28,376 bases of DNA from Planctomycetota bacterium (GCA_027001995.1 JALTLO010000007.1:1-28376); one strand, 5' to 3'; positions 9,015 through 20,443 are shown, counted from the stretch's first letter. Numbers and translations are program-made. Notes: a model not told the origin generated them from the letters alone.

Positions 9015-11321
9015 ATGTCCGAGGTCATCGGCGAGGTCCCATTGCGGGAGGCCGCGCGTCAGAAATATCTCAACTATGCCATGTCAGTCATCACATCCCG
9101 GGCCTTGCCGGACGTGCGAGACGGACTCAAGCCTGTGCAGCGGCGCATTCTCTACGCCATGTACAAGGATTTGAAGCTAGTCCCCGAGAAAAAAGAACTG
9201 AAATGCGCCAAAGTCGTCGGTGAAGTTTTGGGTAACTATCATCCCCATGGCGATTCGGCGGTTTACGATGCCTTGGTGCGGATGTCCCAAGACTTCAGCT
9301 TGCGGACACCTCTCATCTACGGTCATGGCAACTTCGGCTCCATCGATGGCGATCGGGCAGCTGCCTACCGTTATACTGAAGCGAAACTAAAGCCCTACGC
9401 CGTCACGCTGATGTCTGAAATCGACGAGGACACTGTCGATTTCAGAGACACATTTGACAGCATGCGCCAAGAACCGGTGGTCTTGCCAGCCCAAAGCCCC
9501 GTTCTCTTGGTCAATGGCGCCACTGGCATCGCCGTGGGCATCGCCACCAACATCCCACCCCACAACTTGGGCGAGGTGGTGAGTGCGGCCATCTTGCTGA
9601 TCAAGAAACCCAGCTCTTCCGTGGCTGACCTCTGCCGCAAGATCAAAGGCCCAGACTTCCCCACGGGCGGACAAATCCTCAACACCGCCAAAGAACTGCG
9701 CATGATCTACGAAACCGGAAAAGGTCCGGTGCGAGTTCAAGGCGAATACGAAATCGAAAAGGTCGGGCGGAAGAAGTCGATCATCATCACCTCCATCCCT
9801 TACATGGTGAAGAAACAAGACTTAGTCGGCAAAATCCGAGACTTAGCCCTCGACAAAAAAATCCCTCAGATCACAGACGTGCGCGATGAATCCACCGACA
9901 TTATTCGGGTGGTATTGGAACTCAAAGCCGAAGCAAATCCCGCGAAGGTCATGGCGTTTATCTACAAGTCAACCGATCTCCGTCACAACTTCAATGTGAA
10001 TCTAACTTGCTTGGTCCCAGTGCCAGGTTCTGAAGTTGCAGCCCCAGAGAAACTCGACCTCAAGGAGATCTTGCAGCACTTCTTAGATTTCCGTTTCGGG
10101 GTTATTCGCCGGCGTTTCGAGTTCGAATTGCGCAAACTGCTGGAGCGCATTCATATCTTGGATGGCTTCGCCAAGATCTTTAATGACCTGGACATGGCGA
10201 TCAAGATCATTCGCGAGTCCAAAGGCAAGAAGGACGCGGGCGAAAAACTAATCGACTATTTTGGTATCGACCAAGTCCAAGCCAATGCCATTTTAGAACT
10301 CATGCTCTATCGCATCGCCTCTTTCGAGATCAAGAAGATCATGGAAGAGCGGCGGGAGAAGAAGAAACGAGTCAAGGAAATCCGCACAGTCCTCGACAGC
10401 GACAAGAAACTCTGGAGCGTCGTTCGCGAAGAGCTCGAAGTGGTCAAGAAGGAACATGCCGACAAGCGCCGATCCCAGATCCAAGTTCCCGCAGCAGAGG
10501 AAATGGTTGAGATCGACGCAGCAGACTTCATCATCGATGAAGACCAATACGTCATTCTTTCTGAAGGCGGTTGGATCAAGCGGGTTGGCAAGATCACCAG
10601 TATTGACAAACTGCCCGTGAAGCAGGGCGATTGTCTTGTGAGTATCGCCGCTGGCAGCACCAAGGCTCCCATTGTCTTCTTCTCAAACAAGGGCGTGGCC
10701 TACACCACCCTCATCCACGACATCCCAGCCACGCGAGGCTATGGCGATCCTATCCAGAAGCTTTTCAGGCTCAAAGACGGAGAACGCATCATCGCGATGC
10801 TCTCTTTAGATTCCCGTTCCGTCGGCGACTACGAACCCCACAAGAGTTCTGAATACTGCCCCCCTACACACGCCTTGGCCCTCACCTCCACAGGTTTCGG
10901 CTTGCGCTTTGGCATTTCTGGATTTCAAGAACCATCAACGAAGGTAGGGCGCAAATATGCCCGCGTCAGCGGTGACGCCGAAGTGGTCAGTCTCCATATC
11001 GTTGAAGGCTCTGAAACCCTTGTCTGCGTCTCCAAGCAGGCGCGGGTACTCCTCTGCCCTGTGGACGAGATCAACTTCTTGGAAGGGCCAGGGAAAGGGG
11101 TGTTTGTTCTCAAAGTTGAAACCGGGGACGAGCTTCTTGCCAGCGCCATCTCAACAAAGGACAGCGAAGGGCTCACGGCTATCACCAACAATGGTGCCAC
11201 CCACAATATCAACCCCCGTCGATATCGAGTCACGAGTCGAGCTGGCAAAGGTTTCAAAGTTATCAAGCGTGGCGGGTTCACCGAAGTGAAGGGCACTGAC
11301 GTCAAGATCCCCAAGCTCTAA
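9015..11321 (+). CDS. parC: DNA topoisomerase IV subunit A (type IIA, GyrA/ParC family)
   Basis: RALPDVRDGLKPVQRRILY, YHPHGDS, catalytic AAYRYTE, GPDFPTGG. No canonical GyrA box at the start of the CTD. AGGAG RBS before ATG 9015. Confidence 0.85.
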   Translation: MSEVIGEVPLREAARQKYLNYAMSVITSRALPDVRDGLKPVQRRILYAMYKDLKLVPEKKELKCAKVVGEVLGNYHPHGDSAVYDALVRMSQDFSLRTPLIYGHGNFGSIDGDRAAAYRYTEAKLKPYAVTLMSEIDEDTVDFRDTFDSMRQEPVVLPAQSPVLLVNGATGIAVGIATNIPPHNLGEVVSAAILLIKKPSSSVADLCRKIKGPDFPTGGQILNTAKELRMIYETGKGPVRVQGEYEIEKVGRKKSIIITSIPYMVKKQDLVGKIRDLALDKKIPQITDVRDESTDIIRVVLELKAEANPAKVMAFIYKSTDLRHNFNVNLTCLVPVPGSEVAAPEKLDLKEILQHFLDFRFGVIRRRFEFELRKLLERIHILDGFAKIFNDLDMAIKIIRESKGKKDAGEKLIDYFGIDQVQANAILELMLYRIASFEIKKIMEERREKKKRVKEIRTVLDSDKKLWSVVREELEVVKKEHADKRRSQIQVPAAEEMVEIDAADFIIDEDQYVILSEGGWIKRVGKITSIDKLPVKQGDCLVSIAAGSTKAPIVFFSNKGVAYTTLIHDIPATRGYGDPIQKLFRLKDGERIIAMLSLDSRSVGDYEPHKSSEYCPPTHALALTSTGFGLRFGISGFQEPSTKVGRKYARVSGDAEVVSLHIVEGSETLVCVSKQARVLLCPVDEINFLEGPGKGVFVLKVETGDELLASAISTKDSEGLTAITNNGATHNINPRRYRVTSRAGKGFKVIKRGGFTEVKGTDVKIPKL

Positions 11322-11349
11322 GCATCCAGATTGAAACAGAGAATAATCC

Positions 11350-13260
11350 ATGGCCAAGTCAACTTCGTATACCGCAAAAGACATTCAAGTCCTCGAAGGA
11401 TTGGAGCCCGTCCGCAAACGCCCGGCCATGTACATTGGCGGCGTCGACACAAAAGCACTGCATCATTTGATGTCAGAGGTCTTGGATAACTCCATCGATG
11501 AAGTCATCAACGGCCATGCCACCAAAGTCGTGGTTTCCTTGGAGAAAGATGGCTGCGGCATGACCATCGTCGACAATGGTCGTGGCATCCCCGTTGATAT
11601 CCACCCCAAGCACAAGAAATCTGCCCTCGAAATCATCATGTCTACCCTACATGCCGGCGGCAAATTCGACGGCGACAGCTACAAACACTCGGGGGGTCTT
11701 CATGGTGTTGGTATCTCAGTGGTGAATGCTCTTTCCAAGAACCTCATCGCCACGGTTCAAAGAGATGGCTACAAATACGAAATGACTTTCTCCCGCGGCA
11801 AGGCCACATCCAAACTCAAGAAGTCCAAGTCGAAGGGCAGCACGGGCACGCGCATTTATTTCCAGCCAGACCCAGAGATCTTCCCCCGCGTTCGTTTTGA
11901 CCCTGCTGTCATCAAAGACGCCCTGGAGGCAAAAGCCTACCTGCACAAAGGGCTCAAGATTGCCTTTGACGATCAAACCACTGGCGAAAAGCACCGCTAC
12001 TACAGCGAAGATGGCCTCACAGCCTACCTCAAGAAGATCATTGCCGAGCGAGGCAAGAATCAGACCTTTGATCAGATCTATACTTTTGAACACAAGTCTG
12101 ATCCACGAGTTGAAGTAGCACTTCAATGGACCGACGAGACTCAGGAGTACATTCGTTCCTACGTAAACGGTGTCATCACACCTTCTGGTGGTAGCCATGA
12201 AAACGGTGTCAAAACCGCAGTCACAAGAGCTCTTCGCAACTACATCAGCACCCACAAATTAACGCCAAAAGGCGTCACCATTAACACCGAAGACATCCGC
12301 GAAGGATTCACGGCTCTTGTCTCTCTCTACCATCATGAACCCCAATTTCAGGGACAGACGAAAGATCGTCTCAACAACCCAGAAGTATCTGGGCAGGTTT
12401 CTGGGGTCATTGGCCCTCACTTTGAAAGCTATCTCAACGCCAATCGAACCTTTGGTGATGCCATCGTCTATCGCATCATCTTGGCAGCCAAAGCACGGGC
12501 TGCATCCCGAGCCGCTGCTGGTGAAATTCGCAAGAAGGCCAAACCTGGTAGTCGCCTCAAGCTACCAGCTAAGCTTGCAGACTGCTCCGAGCGCAAGCCC
12601 GAGAAATGCGAAGTGTTCATCGTTGAGGGCGATTCTGCTGGTGGCTCCGCCAAGCAAGGTCGCGACCGCAAAACTCAAGCGATCTTGCCTCTCAAAGGAA
12701 AGATCCTAAACACTGAGTCTGTGGCTATGACTAAGTTGCTCAAGAATGCGGAAATCAATGACCTATTGCAATCCTTGGGTTGCGGCATCGGTAAGTCATA
12801 CACACCCTCTGGCTTGCGCTATCACAAGGTAATTATCCTGACCGATGCGGACGCCGATGGTCACCACATCGCCACCTTGCTCATGACTTTTTTCTTTCGT
12901 CATTTGCCTGATCTCATCCGCCGAGGTCATCTCTATTTGGGCCAGCCCCCCCTCTATAAAATTCGCGCCGGAAAAGAAATCTACTGGGTTAAGGATGACG
13001 TGGAGAAAGAAAAGGTTTTGCAGAAGATCGGTGGACGGGCGAAACCTGAAATCACACGTTTTAAGGGCTTGGGTGAGATGTCAGCCAAAGAGTTGGCCCA
13101 TACCAGCTTGACACCCAAGTCACGGGTCTTGTGGAAGGTGGTTGTAGACAACGAGTTGAAGACAGATGAGTGCTTACAAGAGATGATGGGTAAAGACCCG
13201 AGCGCCCGTTACACCTTAGTCATGGAACGATCGGTCGAGGCTCAAGAAGTCGACATATAG
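11350..13260 (+). CDS. parE: DNA topoisomerase IV subunit B (GyrB/ParE family)
   Basis: LEGLEPVRKRPAMYIG, DNGRGIP, LHAGGKF, GGLHGVG, VEGDSAGG, PLKGKILN, TDADADGHHI, RFKGLGEM. 636 aa, adjacent to the ParC-like gene. Confidence 0.85.
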   Translation: MAKSTSYTAKDIQVLEGLEPVRKRPAMYIGGVDTKALHHLMSEVLDNSIDEVINGHATKVVVSLEKDGCGMTIVDNGRGIPVDIHPKHKKSALEIIMSTLHAGGKFDGDSYKHSGGLHGVGISVVNALSKNLIATVQRDGYKYEMTFSRGKATSKLKKSKSKGSTGTRIYFQPDPEIFPRVRFDPAVIKDALEAKAYLHKGLKIAFDDQTTGEKHRYYSEDGLTAYLKKIIAERGKNQTFDQIYTFEHKSDPRVEVALQWTDETQEYIRSYVNGVITPSGGSHENGVKTAVTRALRNYISTHKLTPKGVTINTEDIREGFTALVSLYHHEPQFQGQTKDRLNNPEVSGQVSGVIGPHFESYLNANRTFGDAIVYRIILAAKARAASRAAAGEIRKKAKPGSRLKLPAKLADCSERKPEKCEVFIVEGDSAGGSAKQGRDRKTQAILPLKGKILNTESVAMTKLLKNAEINDLLQSLGCGIGKSYTPSGLRYHKVIILTDADADGHHIATLLMTFFFRHLPDLIRRGHLYLGQPPLYKIRAGKEIYWVKDDVEKEKVLQKIGGRAKPEITRFKGLGEMSAKELAHTSLTPKSRVLWKVVVDNELKTDECLQEMMGKDPSARYTLVMERSVEAQEVDI

Positions 13261-13382
13261 CAGCCCAAGAACTCTTTCAAAGAGTCTGGATAAAAACCCC
13301 TTCTCACATCTCATCAAGCCTAACGGATAAGGGTCCGATCAGAGACTTAGGAATGGGCCAGAAACGTCCAGAAAGACCCTTG

Positions 13383-13772
13383 ATGAGCACGGATGAACTC
13401 GCCAACTTAAAAGTCCTTTTGGTTGAAGACTACGCAGTCAATCAAAAGGTTGCACTTCGTATGCTGGCAAAGCTTGGCATCGAGGCCGATTGTGTTGAAA
13501 ACGGCGAACTTGCCATCGAAGCCCACGAGAAAAACGCCTACGATCTCATCCTCATGGACTGCGAAATGCCCGTCCTCAATGGCTTCGATGCCACCGGCAA
13601 GATTCGAGCATCCGAAGACGACGGCCACCACGTCCCCATCATCGCCATGACCGCCCACTACGGTGACGAAGAAGAACGACGTTGCAAAGCCGCTGGCATG
13701 GATGACTTCATCGCCAAACCCATCCGCGTCGAAGGACTACGCAACAAGATCACTGAGGTCGTGGTCGACTGA
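13383..13772 (+). CDS. Single-domain response regulator (CheY-like receiver)
   Basis: VLLVED, LILMDCEMPVLNG, IIAMTA, FIAKP. Alternative start at 13353. Confidence 0.9.
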   Translation: MSTDELANLKVLLVEDYAVNQKVALRMLAKLGIEADCVENGELAIEAHEKNAYDLILMDCEMPVLNGFDATGKIRASEDDGHHVPIIAMTAHYGDEEERRCKAAGMDDFIAKPIRVEGLRNKITEVVVD

Positions 13773-13799
13773 ATCTCCTCCAAACAGATCTGCCGAAGA

Positions 13800-15041
13800 C
13801 TAAGAACTTAACCAAAGGTCCGTGAGCGGGCGGGCATGAATGTTCGCAGCAAATGGCACAACTTCCGAGCCAGTGTGCAGGACAATGCCACGGTGAAAGC
13901 GGGAGCCTGTTAGCTCGGCGAGAGCGCGCATCCCCTTGAGGTCACTATCCCGAACTGTCGCGGCGGCCTTGACTTCAATACCTACAATGCGGCCGGCTCG
14001 ATCTTCCAAGACAAAATCAACTTCATGACCATTTGATGTGCGAAAATGGAACATCCCAACCTTCGACTCGGACCAACCCAGGTCTTTGAGCAATTCCATG
14101 CCAACGAAAGACTCTAAGATAGGCCCCACCGCTCCCCTGTTGGCGCACAACTGTTCGGAAGAATAGCCGAGCAAATGACAGGTAAGTCCAGAGTCCGTCA
14201 TCATGACCTTGGGCGACTTCACAAGCCGTTTGCTTTGATTGCCGAACCACGGTGGAATGGTCTTGACCAAGAAGACGCCGTCAAGCAAAGCCATGTATCT
14301 CTTAAGAGTCGTTTGGGGTAGATCAGCATCACGCGCGATGCCGGCGTAGTTCAGTAGTTGCCCCGTACGTATCGCCAAGAGCTGGAGCAGTTGAGGTAAC
14401 TTGGTGAGGTTCTCTATGTTCGCCAAGTCTCGTACATCTTTTTGCAAAATGGTCGTCAGATAGCTTTCGAACCAAGAGGCCCTGCGTTGAGGATCACCTC
14501 TGCTAAGGGCTTCAGGGTAAGCGCCGGCTACCAAGAGGTCGGCCATCTGAAGCGGAAGCAATTCCTGGCATGCAGAGCTGGGAAGCTCACTACCAAAACA
14601 ATCGTCAACGAAAGAACGAAGCGGGCGGCTGAGGGCTTCCCGTCGAGCGAATGGCCACAAGGTCAGAAGCTCCATGCGACCAGCAAGGGAATCGCTCAAT
14701 GTAGGGAGGACCAAGACATTTGCCGAACCCGTCAAGAGAAAACGACCGGGCTTGCGATTCTGATCGACTGAGCGTTTGATGGCCAGAGCCAGCTCAGGCA
14801 CTCTTTGAATCTCATCAATAATGACGGATTCTGGTAAGCCAGCAATGAATCCATCTGGATCTGAAGCAGCTGCACTGTGGACCAAGGTGGAATCTAAAGT
14901 GAGATATTCTTGGCCTCGATGTTGCTCCGCGATCTCCTGAACCAGCGTACTTTTCCCGACTTGGCGCGCTCCTTGCAAGAAGACCACCGGTGTATCGCTT
15001 AAGGCCGCCCTTATAGAATTTTCTGCAAATCGAGTGAGCAT
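13800..15041 (-). CDS. AAA_14 ATPase with C-terminal DUF4143 (PD-(D/E)XK-like) domain, copy 1
   Basis: GARQVGKST, IIDEIQ, FLLTGS, SLAGR, KRLVKSPK..DSGL, EVDFV...IEVK. Confidence 0.92.
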   Translation of the reverse strand: MLTRFAENSIRAALSDTPVVFLQGARQVGKSTLVQEIAEQHRGQEYLTLDSTLVHSAAASDPDGFIAGLPESVIIDEIQRVPELALAIKRSVDQNRKPGRFLLTGSANVLVLPTLSDSLAGRMELLTLWPFARREALSRPLRSFVDDCFGSELPSSACQELLPLQMADLLVAGAYPEALSRGDPQRRASWFESYLTTILQKDVRDLANIENLTKLPQLLQLLAIRTGQLLNYAGIARDADLPQTTLKRYMALLDGVFLVKTIPPWFGNQSKRLVKSPKVMMTDSGLTCHLLGYSSEQLCANRGAVGPILESFVGMELLKDLGWSESKVGMFHFRTSNGHEVDFVLEDRAGRIVGIEVKAAATVRDSDLKGMRALAELTGSRFHRGIVLHTGSEVVPFAANIHARPLTDLWLSS

Positions 15042-15062
15042 AGTACGAGCGTAGCTTCTTAC

Positions 15063-15121
15063 TCATGCAAATCAACCACTCAGTGGCTGATTTTCAACCA
15101 CTGAGTGGTTGATTTGCATGA
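15063..15121. promoter_or_regulatory. Long inverted repeat made of two tandem 19-bp palindromic operator-like sites, overlapping the predicted -35 of the ATPase gene
   Basis: Perfect 24-bp arms TCATGCAAATCAACCACTCAGTGG at 15063-15086 and 15098-15121. Internal palindromes TCAACCACT-c-AGTGGCTGA (15072-15090) and TCAACCACT-g-AGTGGTTGA (15094-15112). Confidence 0.8.
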
Positions 15122-15347
15122 ACGCCTGAGCAAAAAGAACAACACCATTCCAAATCATTCCCAAACAAGCACTTAGGCACGCACCGACCTGTCGATCCCG
15201 ATTGAGAACCAGCGAAGACTCAAGAATTTGGTCACGAAATACCACTGATTGCTTGGGATCTGTTAAGAAAACACAGACATGGACCGTGTCCGGCAACACA
15301 ACCCGGTCCCAAACGGAAGAACAATTGACAACGAATCGAGAGTCCAA

Positions 15348-15701
15348 ATGAGCGAAGAAAACAACTGGTCAGAAGGCGACACAATTGCCTCCGGTGATGC
15401 CACCATTCCTGACATTGAAATTATAGAAGTAAGGCGCAATGGTTCCGGTGAAGTCTGCGGCACAGGGAAAATGGCGAAGCTGAACTACACTGCCATGTTG
15501 GCCAGTGGCGAAGTTATTGACCCGGGTTTGCGCCCTTTTGAATTTAGCGTTGGCAGTGGTATGGCCATCGTCGGCTGGGACATTGTCGTTGCCAAGATGC
15601 GTGTGGGTGACAGCTTTACTATTCACCTACCCCAAGATCTCGCCTATGGTCCTTCCAAGGGCGACCTCAAGTTCGACATGGAATTGCTGTCCTTTAAATA
15701 G
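15348..15701 (+). CDS. FKBP-type peptidyl-prolyl cis-trans isomerase
   Basis: LNYTAML.SG, PFEFSVGSGMAIVGWD, MRVG, LPQDLAYG, LKFDMELL. Start at 15348 preferred over 15279. Confidence 0.9.
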   Translation: MSEENNWSEGDTIASGDATIPDIEIIEVRRNGSGEVCGTGKMAKLNYTAMLASGEVIDPGLRPFEFSVGSGMAIVGWDIVVAKMRVGDSFTIHLPQDLAYGPSKGDLKFDMELLSFK

Positions 15702-15738
15702 GGCGTTCAGTCGGAAGGCTTGCCGCAAAAGGTAGAAG

Positions 15739-16590
<852 letters not shown>

Positions 16591-16690
16591 TATCTGTTCA
16601 TCTAAGCTACTGTGAGGTAGAACCATCGGCTCCGAAAGCACAAGCAAAGGGCTTTCGACCGACATCGCGACACCATACATGGATTGCCAC

Positions 16691-18898
16691 ATGAATCGTA
16701 TATCAGCTTACGTCATTCTCGCCTTCTGCGCCCTCACATTTGTCACTTGGGCCCAAGAAGATGATCCTTCCCCCACCAGTAAGCCCGTTGTCGAACAAAG
16801 AAAAGCGAATCGTTTGGCCAACGAAAAAAGCCCTTACTTACGGCAGCATAGGTTCAACCCCGTTGCTTGGTGGCCCTGGTGCGAAGAGGCATTTGTCGAA
16901 GCCAAACGTAGAGGCGTCCCCGTCTTCCTTTCCATCGGTTATTCCACCTGCCATTGGTGTCATGTGATGGAACACGAGAGCTTCGAAAACGAAGAAATTG
17001 CCGCCTACATGAATGAGAATTTTGTTTGTATCAAGTTGGACCGCGAGGAACGCCCAGACATTGATGCCGTCTACATGCGTGTTGTTCAACTGTTGAGCAA
17101 ACGGAGCGGATGGCCAGCCTCGCTCTTTTTGACCGATGAGAAGAAGGCCTTCTTTGGAGGTACCTATTTCCCGCCACAACCCTTTCATCAATTGCTCAAG
17201 AACGTCACCAAAGCCTGGAATGGGTCTAGGGCAGGCCTTCTCGACGATGCCACCAACATCTTGCAACACATCAGCTCTTTCGAAGAAAAAAAAGCAGCCA
17301 AAGACTTGCCAAGTGTCGATCTTCTGAGCAAAGTCCTCGCCTTCGAAAAAGAAAAGCATGACTCTGTTGACGGCGGTTTCGGCGGAGCACCCAAATTCCC
17401 CCGCACCTCTGTCTATGAAGTCTTGATGCGTAGCGACGATGAGGCCGCCCTCAAGGTCTCGACATTTTCATTGCGGAAAATGGCCAACGGAGGGATCTAC
17501 GATCATGTTGGCGGTGGCTTTCACCGTTATGCCACCGACAAGAAATGGTTAATCCCCCATTTCGAAAAGATGCTCTACGATCAGGCTCTCATTGCCGAGA
17601 CCTACTTGGAAGCTGCTATCAAAAGTGGCGATTCCTTCTTCCTCGAAGTGGCAAGAGACACCCTCGACTGTATCATGGGTGACTTCAGCGCCAATGATGA
17701 TGGGCTCTACTCAGCTTACGATGCCGACAGCGGCGGTGTCGAAGGCGGCTACTACGTCTGGACAAAAGCCGAACTGAGCGATCTACTCCTGGGCAAAGGC
17801 CATGGGGCAACACCCAATATCCAAGCTGGAGCCGAGGAAAGCGAAAGGCCTTCGAACAAGGGTTGGGATGTCCTCAATGCCCGCTTCGACATCAAAGCCG
17901 ACGGCAATTGGATCAACGAAAAATCGCAGAAGGTCACTATCCTGGCGGTACGCCAGGACTGGAATACCGTGGCCAAATCAATGGGAATCACTGTCGACGA
18001 AGCCAAGAGTATTTGGACCCAGGTACGATGGGCGATGCGAGACTATCGCTCGAAGCGCCTCGCACCCGGTTTGGACAACAAGATTTTGACTGGATGGACA
18101 GGCCTTGGCATCTCTGCACTGGCCCGAGGTGGGCGTATCTTAGGTGAAGATCGATTTACCCTCCGTGCGGTTGCCGCCGCCAAGTTCATTCTGGGCAACC
18201 TCAAAACCAAAGAAGGACGTTTGCTGAGACGCTGGTGCGATGGGGAGGCTGCATTCACTGCCACACTGCAAGATTACGCCTACTTTGGCCTGAGCCTCAT
18301 CGACGTCTTCGAAGCCACCGGTGACATCCATTGGATTCAAGAAGCTGTGGCCATCGCCGACGTCATGATGAAAGACTTCACTTCCCCCAATGGTGCCCTC
18401 TACGATGCGCCTGCCTCCAAGGACTTGGTCGTTCGACTTCAAGATGCCTACGACGGAGCCCGGCCATCCTCGAACTCAAAAGCCTGCATGATGTTGCTCA
18501 AGCTCCACGACCTAACCGGACGCAAGGAATTCTTGGTGGCCGCCGATGGCATTCTCAAAGTCTTCAAAGACGCCATGGACCGCACCCCCTGGTACTACCC
18601 TTCCATGATGAAATGTGTGCTCGCCCGAGGTCGAGGATTCCGAGAAATCGTCATCATCGGCTCACAAGAAGCCCGTGCAAAAATGGAGGCCGAGGTCAAC
18701 AAGACTTGGCTGCCTGATGCCGTCCTTTGTTTCATGAGCGAAGCCCAAGCGAAAAAGGCAAGCAAACTCATTCCCTTGGTGGCAAAGAAAACGGCCCAAA
18801 AAGATGGTGCTGCAGTCGCCTACGTTTGTCGCAACGGAACCTGCAAACTACCAGCCAAGACAGTGAAAGAACTGACATCACGGTTGAGCGAAAAGTAA
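16691..18898 (+). CDS. Thioredoxin-domain protein YyaL/SSP411 (DUF255 plus alpha/alpha-barrel) with signal peptide
   Basis: [80 protein letters not shown]. Confidence 0.93.
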   Translation: MNRISAYVILAFCALTFVTWAQEDDPSPTSKPVVEQRKANRLANEKSPYLRQHRFNPVAWWPWCEEAFVEAKRRGVPVFLSIGYSTCHWCHVMEHESFENEEIAAYMNENFVCIKLDREERPDIDAVYMRVVQLLSKRSGWPASLFLTDEKKAFFGGTYFPPQPFHQLLKNVTKAWNGSRAGLLDDATNILQHISSFEEKKAAKDLPSVDLLSKVLAFEKEKHDSVDGGFGGAPKFPRTSVYEVLMRSDDEAALKVSTFSLRKMANGGIYDHVGGGFHRYATDKKWLIPHFEKMLYDQALIAETYLEAAIKSGDSFFLEVARDTLDCIMGDFSANDDGLYSAYDADSGGVEGGYYVWTKAELSDLLLGKGHGATPNIQAGAEESERPSNKGWDVLNARFDIKADGNWINEKSQKVTILAVRQDWNTVAKSMGITVDEAKSIWTQVRWAMRDYRSKRLAPGLDNKILTGWTGLGISALARGGRILGEDRFTLRAVAAAKFILGNLKTKEGRLLRRWCDGEAAFTATLQDYAYFGLSLIDVFEATGDIHWIQEAVAIADVMMKDFTSPNGALYDAPASKDLVVRLQDAYDGARPSSNSKACMMLLKLHDLTGRKEFLVAADGILKVFKDAMDRTPWYYPSMMKCVLARGRGFREIVIIGSQEARAKMEAEVNKTWLPDAVLCFMSEAQAKKASKLIPLVAKKTAQKDGAAVAYVCRNGTCKLPAKTVKELTSRLSEK

Positions 18899-19031
18899 CC
18901 GCCATGAACATCGAAAGAGGGGTGCGCCCCAACAATGAGTCACAGAGATAACATGCTGCTTTCCTATGACCGCGCGTAAACTGGTACGTGGTAGACTATT
19001 AGTGCTGGTGGAACGCCGCATCGAAGGTCTA

Positions 19032-20177
19032 TCAGATCTTTGCAAGCTCTCCGAGCCAGCTTTCTAAGTTGGTGATCTTGACGGATTGACTTTCGATGGG
19101 ATCGTTGATTCGGCAAACAAGAATACGGTGATCTGCTTGGATCATATCTGCAGCCTTCACGAGTCGGTCTGTCATTTTCTGGTTTGGATTGCTCGTAAGT
19201 TTGATTTCGATGGCCCATTTTTCTCTACCCCAATCTAAGACAAGGTCGATTTCGTGGCCATCGGATGTTCGAAAAAAATATGCTTGCGGTTTTCTTCCCT
19301 TGGCCGCCAAAGTTGAAAGAGTCTGTTCGATGACAAAGGCCTCCCAACCATGGCCGACCCAGGGTTGGGCGAAGAGCTGGTCGCGATCTTGAATACCCTG
19401 CAGCTGATGAAATAGACCGCTATCCCGCCACATGATTCGGCTTGACTTGACCAAACGTTTCTTGAGATTCGCGTGGTAGGGCTGCAGTTGCCGGATTAAA
19501 TATGCGCCTTCTAAGAATTCGCAATAGTTGACGACAGTTTTGCGATCCAACGATAAGGCCGAGCCAAGTTGCGAAGCATTCATCAACTGACCATGGAGAG
19601 CGGCCAACATTCTAACGAGTCGATGAGTTACCCTTGGCTTAGCGGGTAAGCCCCAAGCAGGCAAATCCCTTTCGATGAGCAGCGAGAGGTAGGATTCTTG
19701 CCAAGCCCCAAACATCCTTGGTTTCAGGATGCCACCATCAGGAAATCCACCGCAAAGCCACAAGTCATCCAAGTGTTCAGGCCCAATTTCATTCATGATG
19801 AATGGTGAAAGTTCAACGATTGCTAAGCGGCCTGCTAAGGAATCTGAGATATTCTGGTTGAGAGCCGGTGAAACTGAGCCAAGGAGGAGGAAGCGGCCAT
19901 TGCGCTTTCGGTCGTTGTCGATGCTGCCACGAAGCCTCGGAAAGATATCTGGTGCTTCGTGGGCTTCATCAAGAACAACGAGTTGTTCCCCCCGCGCAAT
20001 TGTTTCCCACTCGACATCAAGCCGCAGTCGTTCGTTAGGTTGTTCAAGATCAAAGTAGCGTCCATTTAGGCTCTTAGCGAGTGTCGTTTTGCCGCATTGT
20101 CTTGGGCCCAAGATCGCAACTGCTGGGAATTCCTCCAGCCGTGATAGAAGCAACTTCTTGTGGATCCTTTCGATCAT
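19032..20177 (-). CDS. AAA_14 ATPase with DUF4143 domain, copy 2
   Basis: GPRQCGKTT, VLDEAH, FLLLGS, SLAGR, KRLVKS, DSGL, EIDLV...IEIK. Start at 20177 (MIERIHKK) fits the N-terminus of copy 1. Confidence 0.92.
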   Translation of the reverse strand: MIERIHKKLLLSRLEEFPAVAILGPRQCGKTTLAKSLNGRYFDLEQPNERLRLDVEWETIARGEQLVVLDEAHEAPDIFPRLRGSIDNDRKRNGRFLLLGSVSPALNQNISDSLAGRLAIVELSPFIMNEIGPEHLDDLWLCGGFPDGGILKPRMFGAWQESYLSLLIERDLPAWGLPAKPRVTHRLVRMLAALHGQLMNASQLGSALSLDRKTVVNYCEFLEGAYLIRQLQPYHANLKKRLVKSSRIMWRDSGLFHQLQGIQDRDQLFAQPWVGHGWEAFVIEQTLSTLAAKGRKPQAYFFRTSDGHEIDLVLDWGREKWAIEIKLTSNPNQKMTDRLVKAADMIQADHRILVCRINDPIESQSVKITNLESWLGELAKI

Positions 20178-20211
20178 TCTTGCAATATAGGATTTAATTC
20201 CTGATTTGCAA
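20178..20211 (-). promoter_or_regulatory. Sigma70-like promoter embedded in an imperfect palindrome; probable leaderless transcript
   Basis: Minus strand reads TTGCAA-N16-TATATT-GCAAGA-ATG. Arms are TTGCAATATAGGA and TCCTGATTTGCAA. Confidence 0.6.
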
Positions 20212-20443
20212 TATATCATGCAAGTCTTTTTGTGACAATTATTTATGTTCTTGCCGAATTCTGGGAATTACGGAATCAACTCAGTCGAATTCGCCAGTTT
20301 GGTAAATGGGAAGTAGGAGGCAGGCGATTTCTTGGGGAACGATAGAAGTTTTATCCGAAGATCCTCGAGGGACCCTGGATGGGTGCTCTGGTATAGGCGG
20401 CCCATGGCACACTCACAGGAGACAAGACCACGCTATTCGTGGG

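Noticed and set aside
9015..13260. Calling the pair gyrA/gyrB
   Set aside because: The canonical GyrA box is missing and the CTD is short, which favours topoisomerase IV, although only phylogeny can settle it.
15072..15347. 91-aa minus-strand ORF upstream of ATPase 1 as a partner or antitoxin
   Set aside because: It runs through the palindromic element, has no recognisable motif or RBS, and has no counterpart upstream of ATPase 2.
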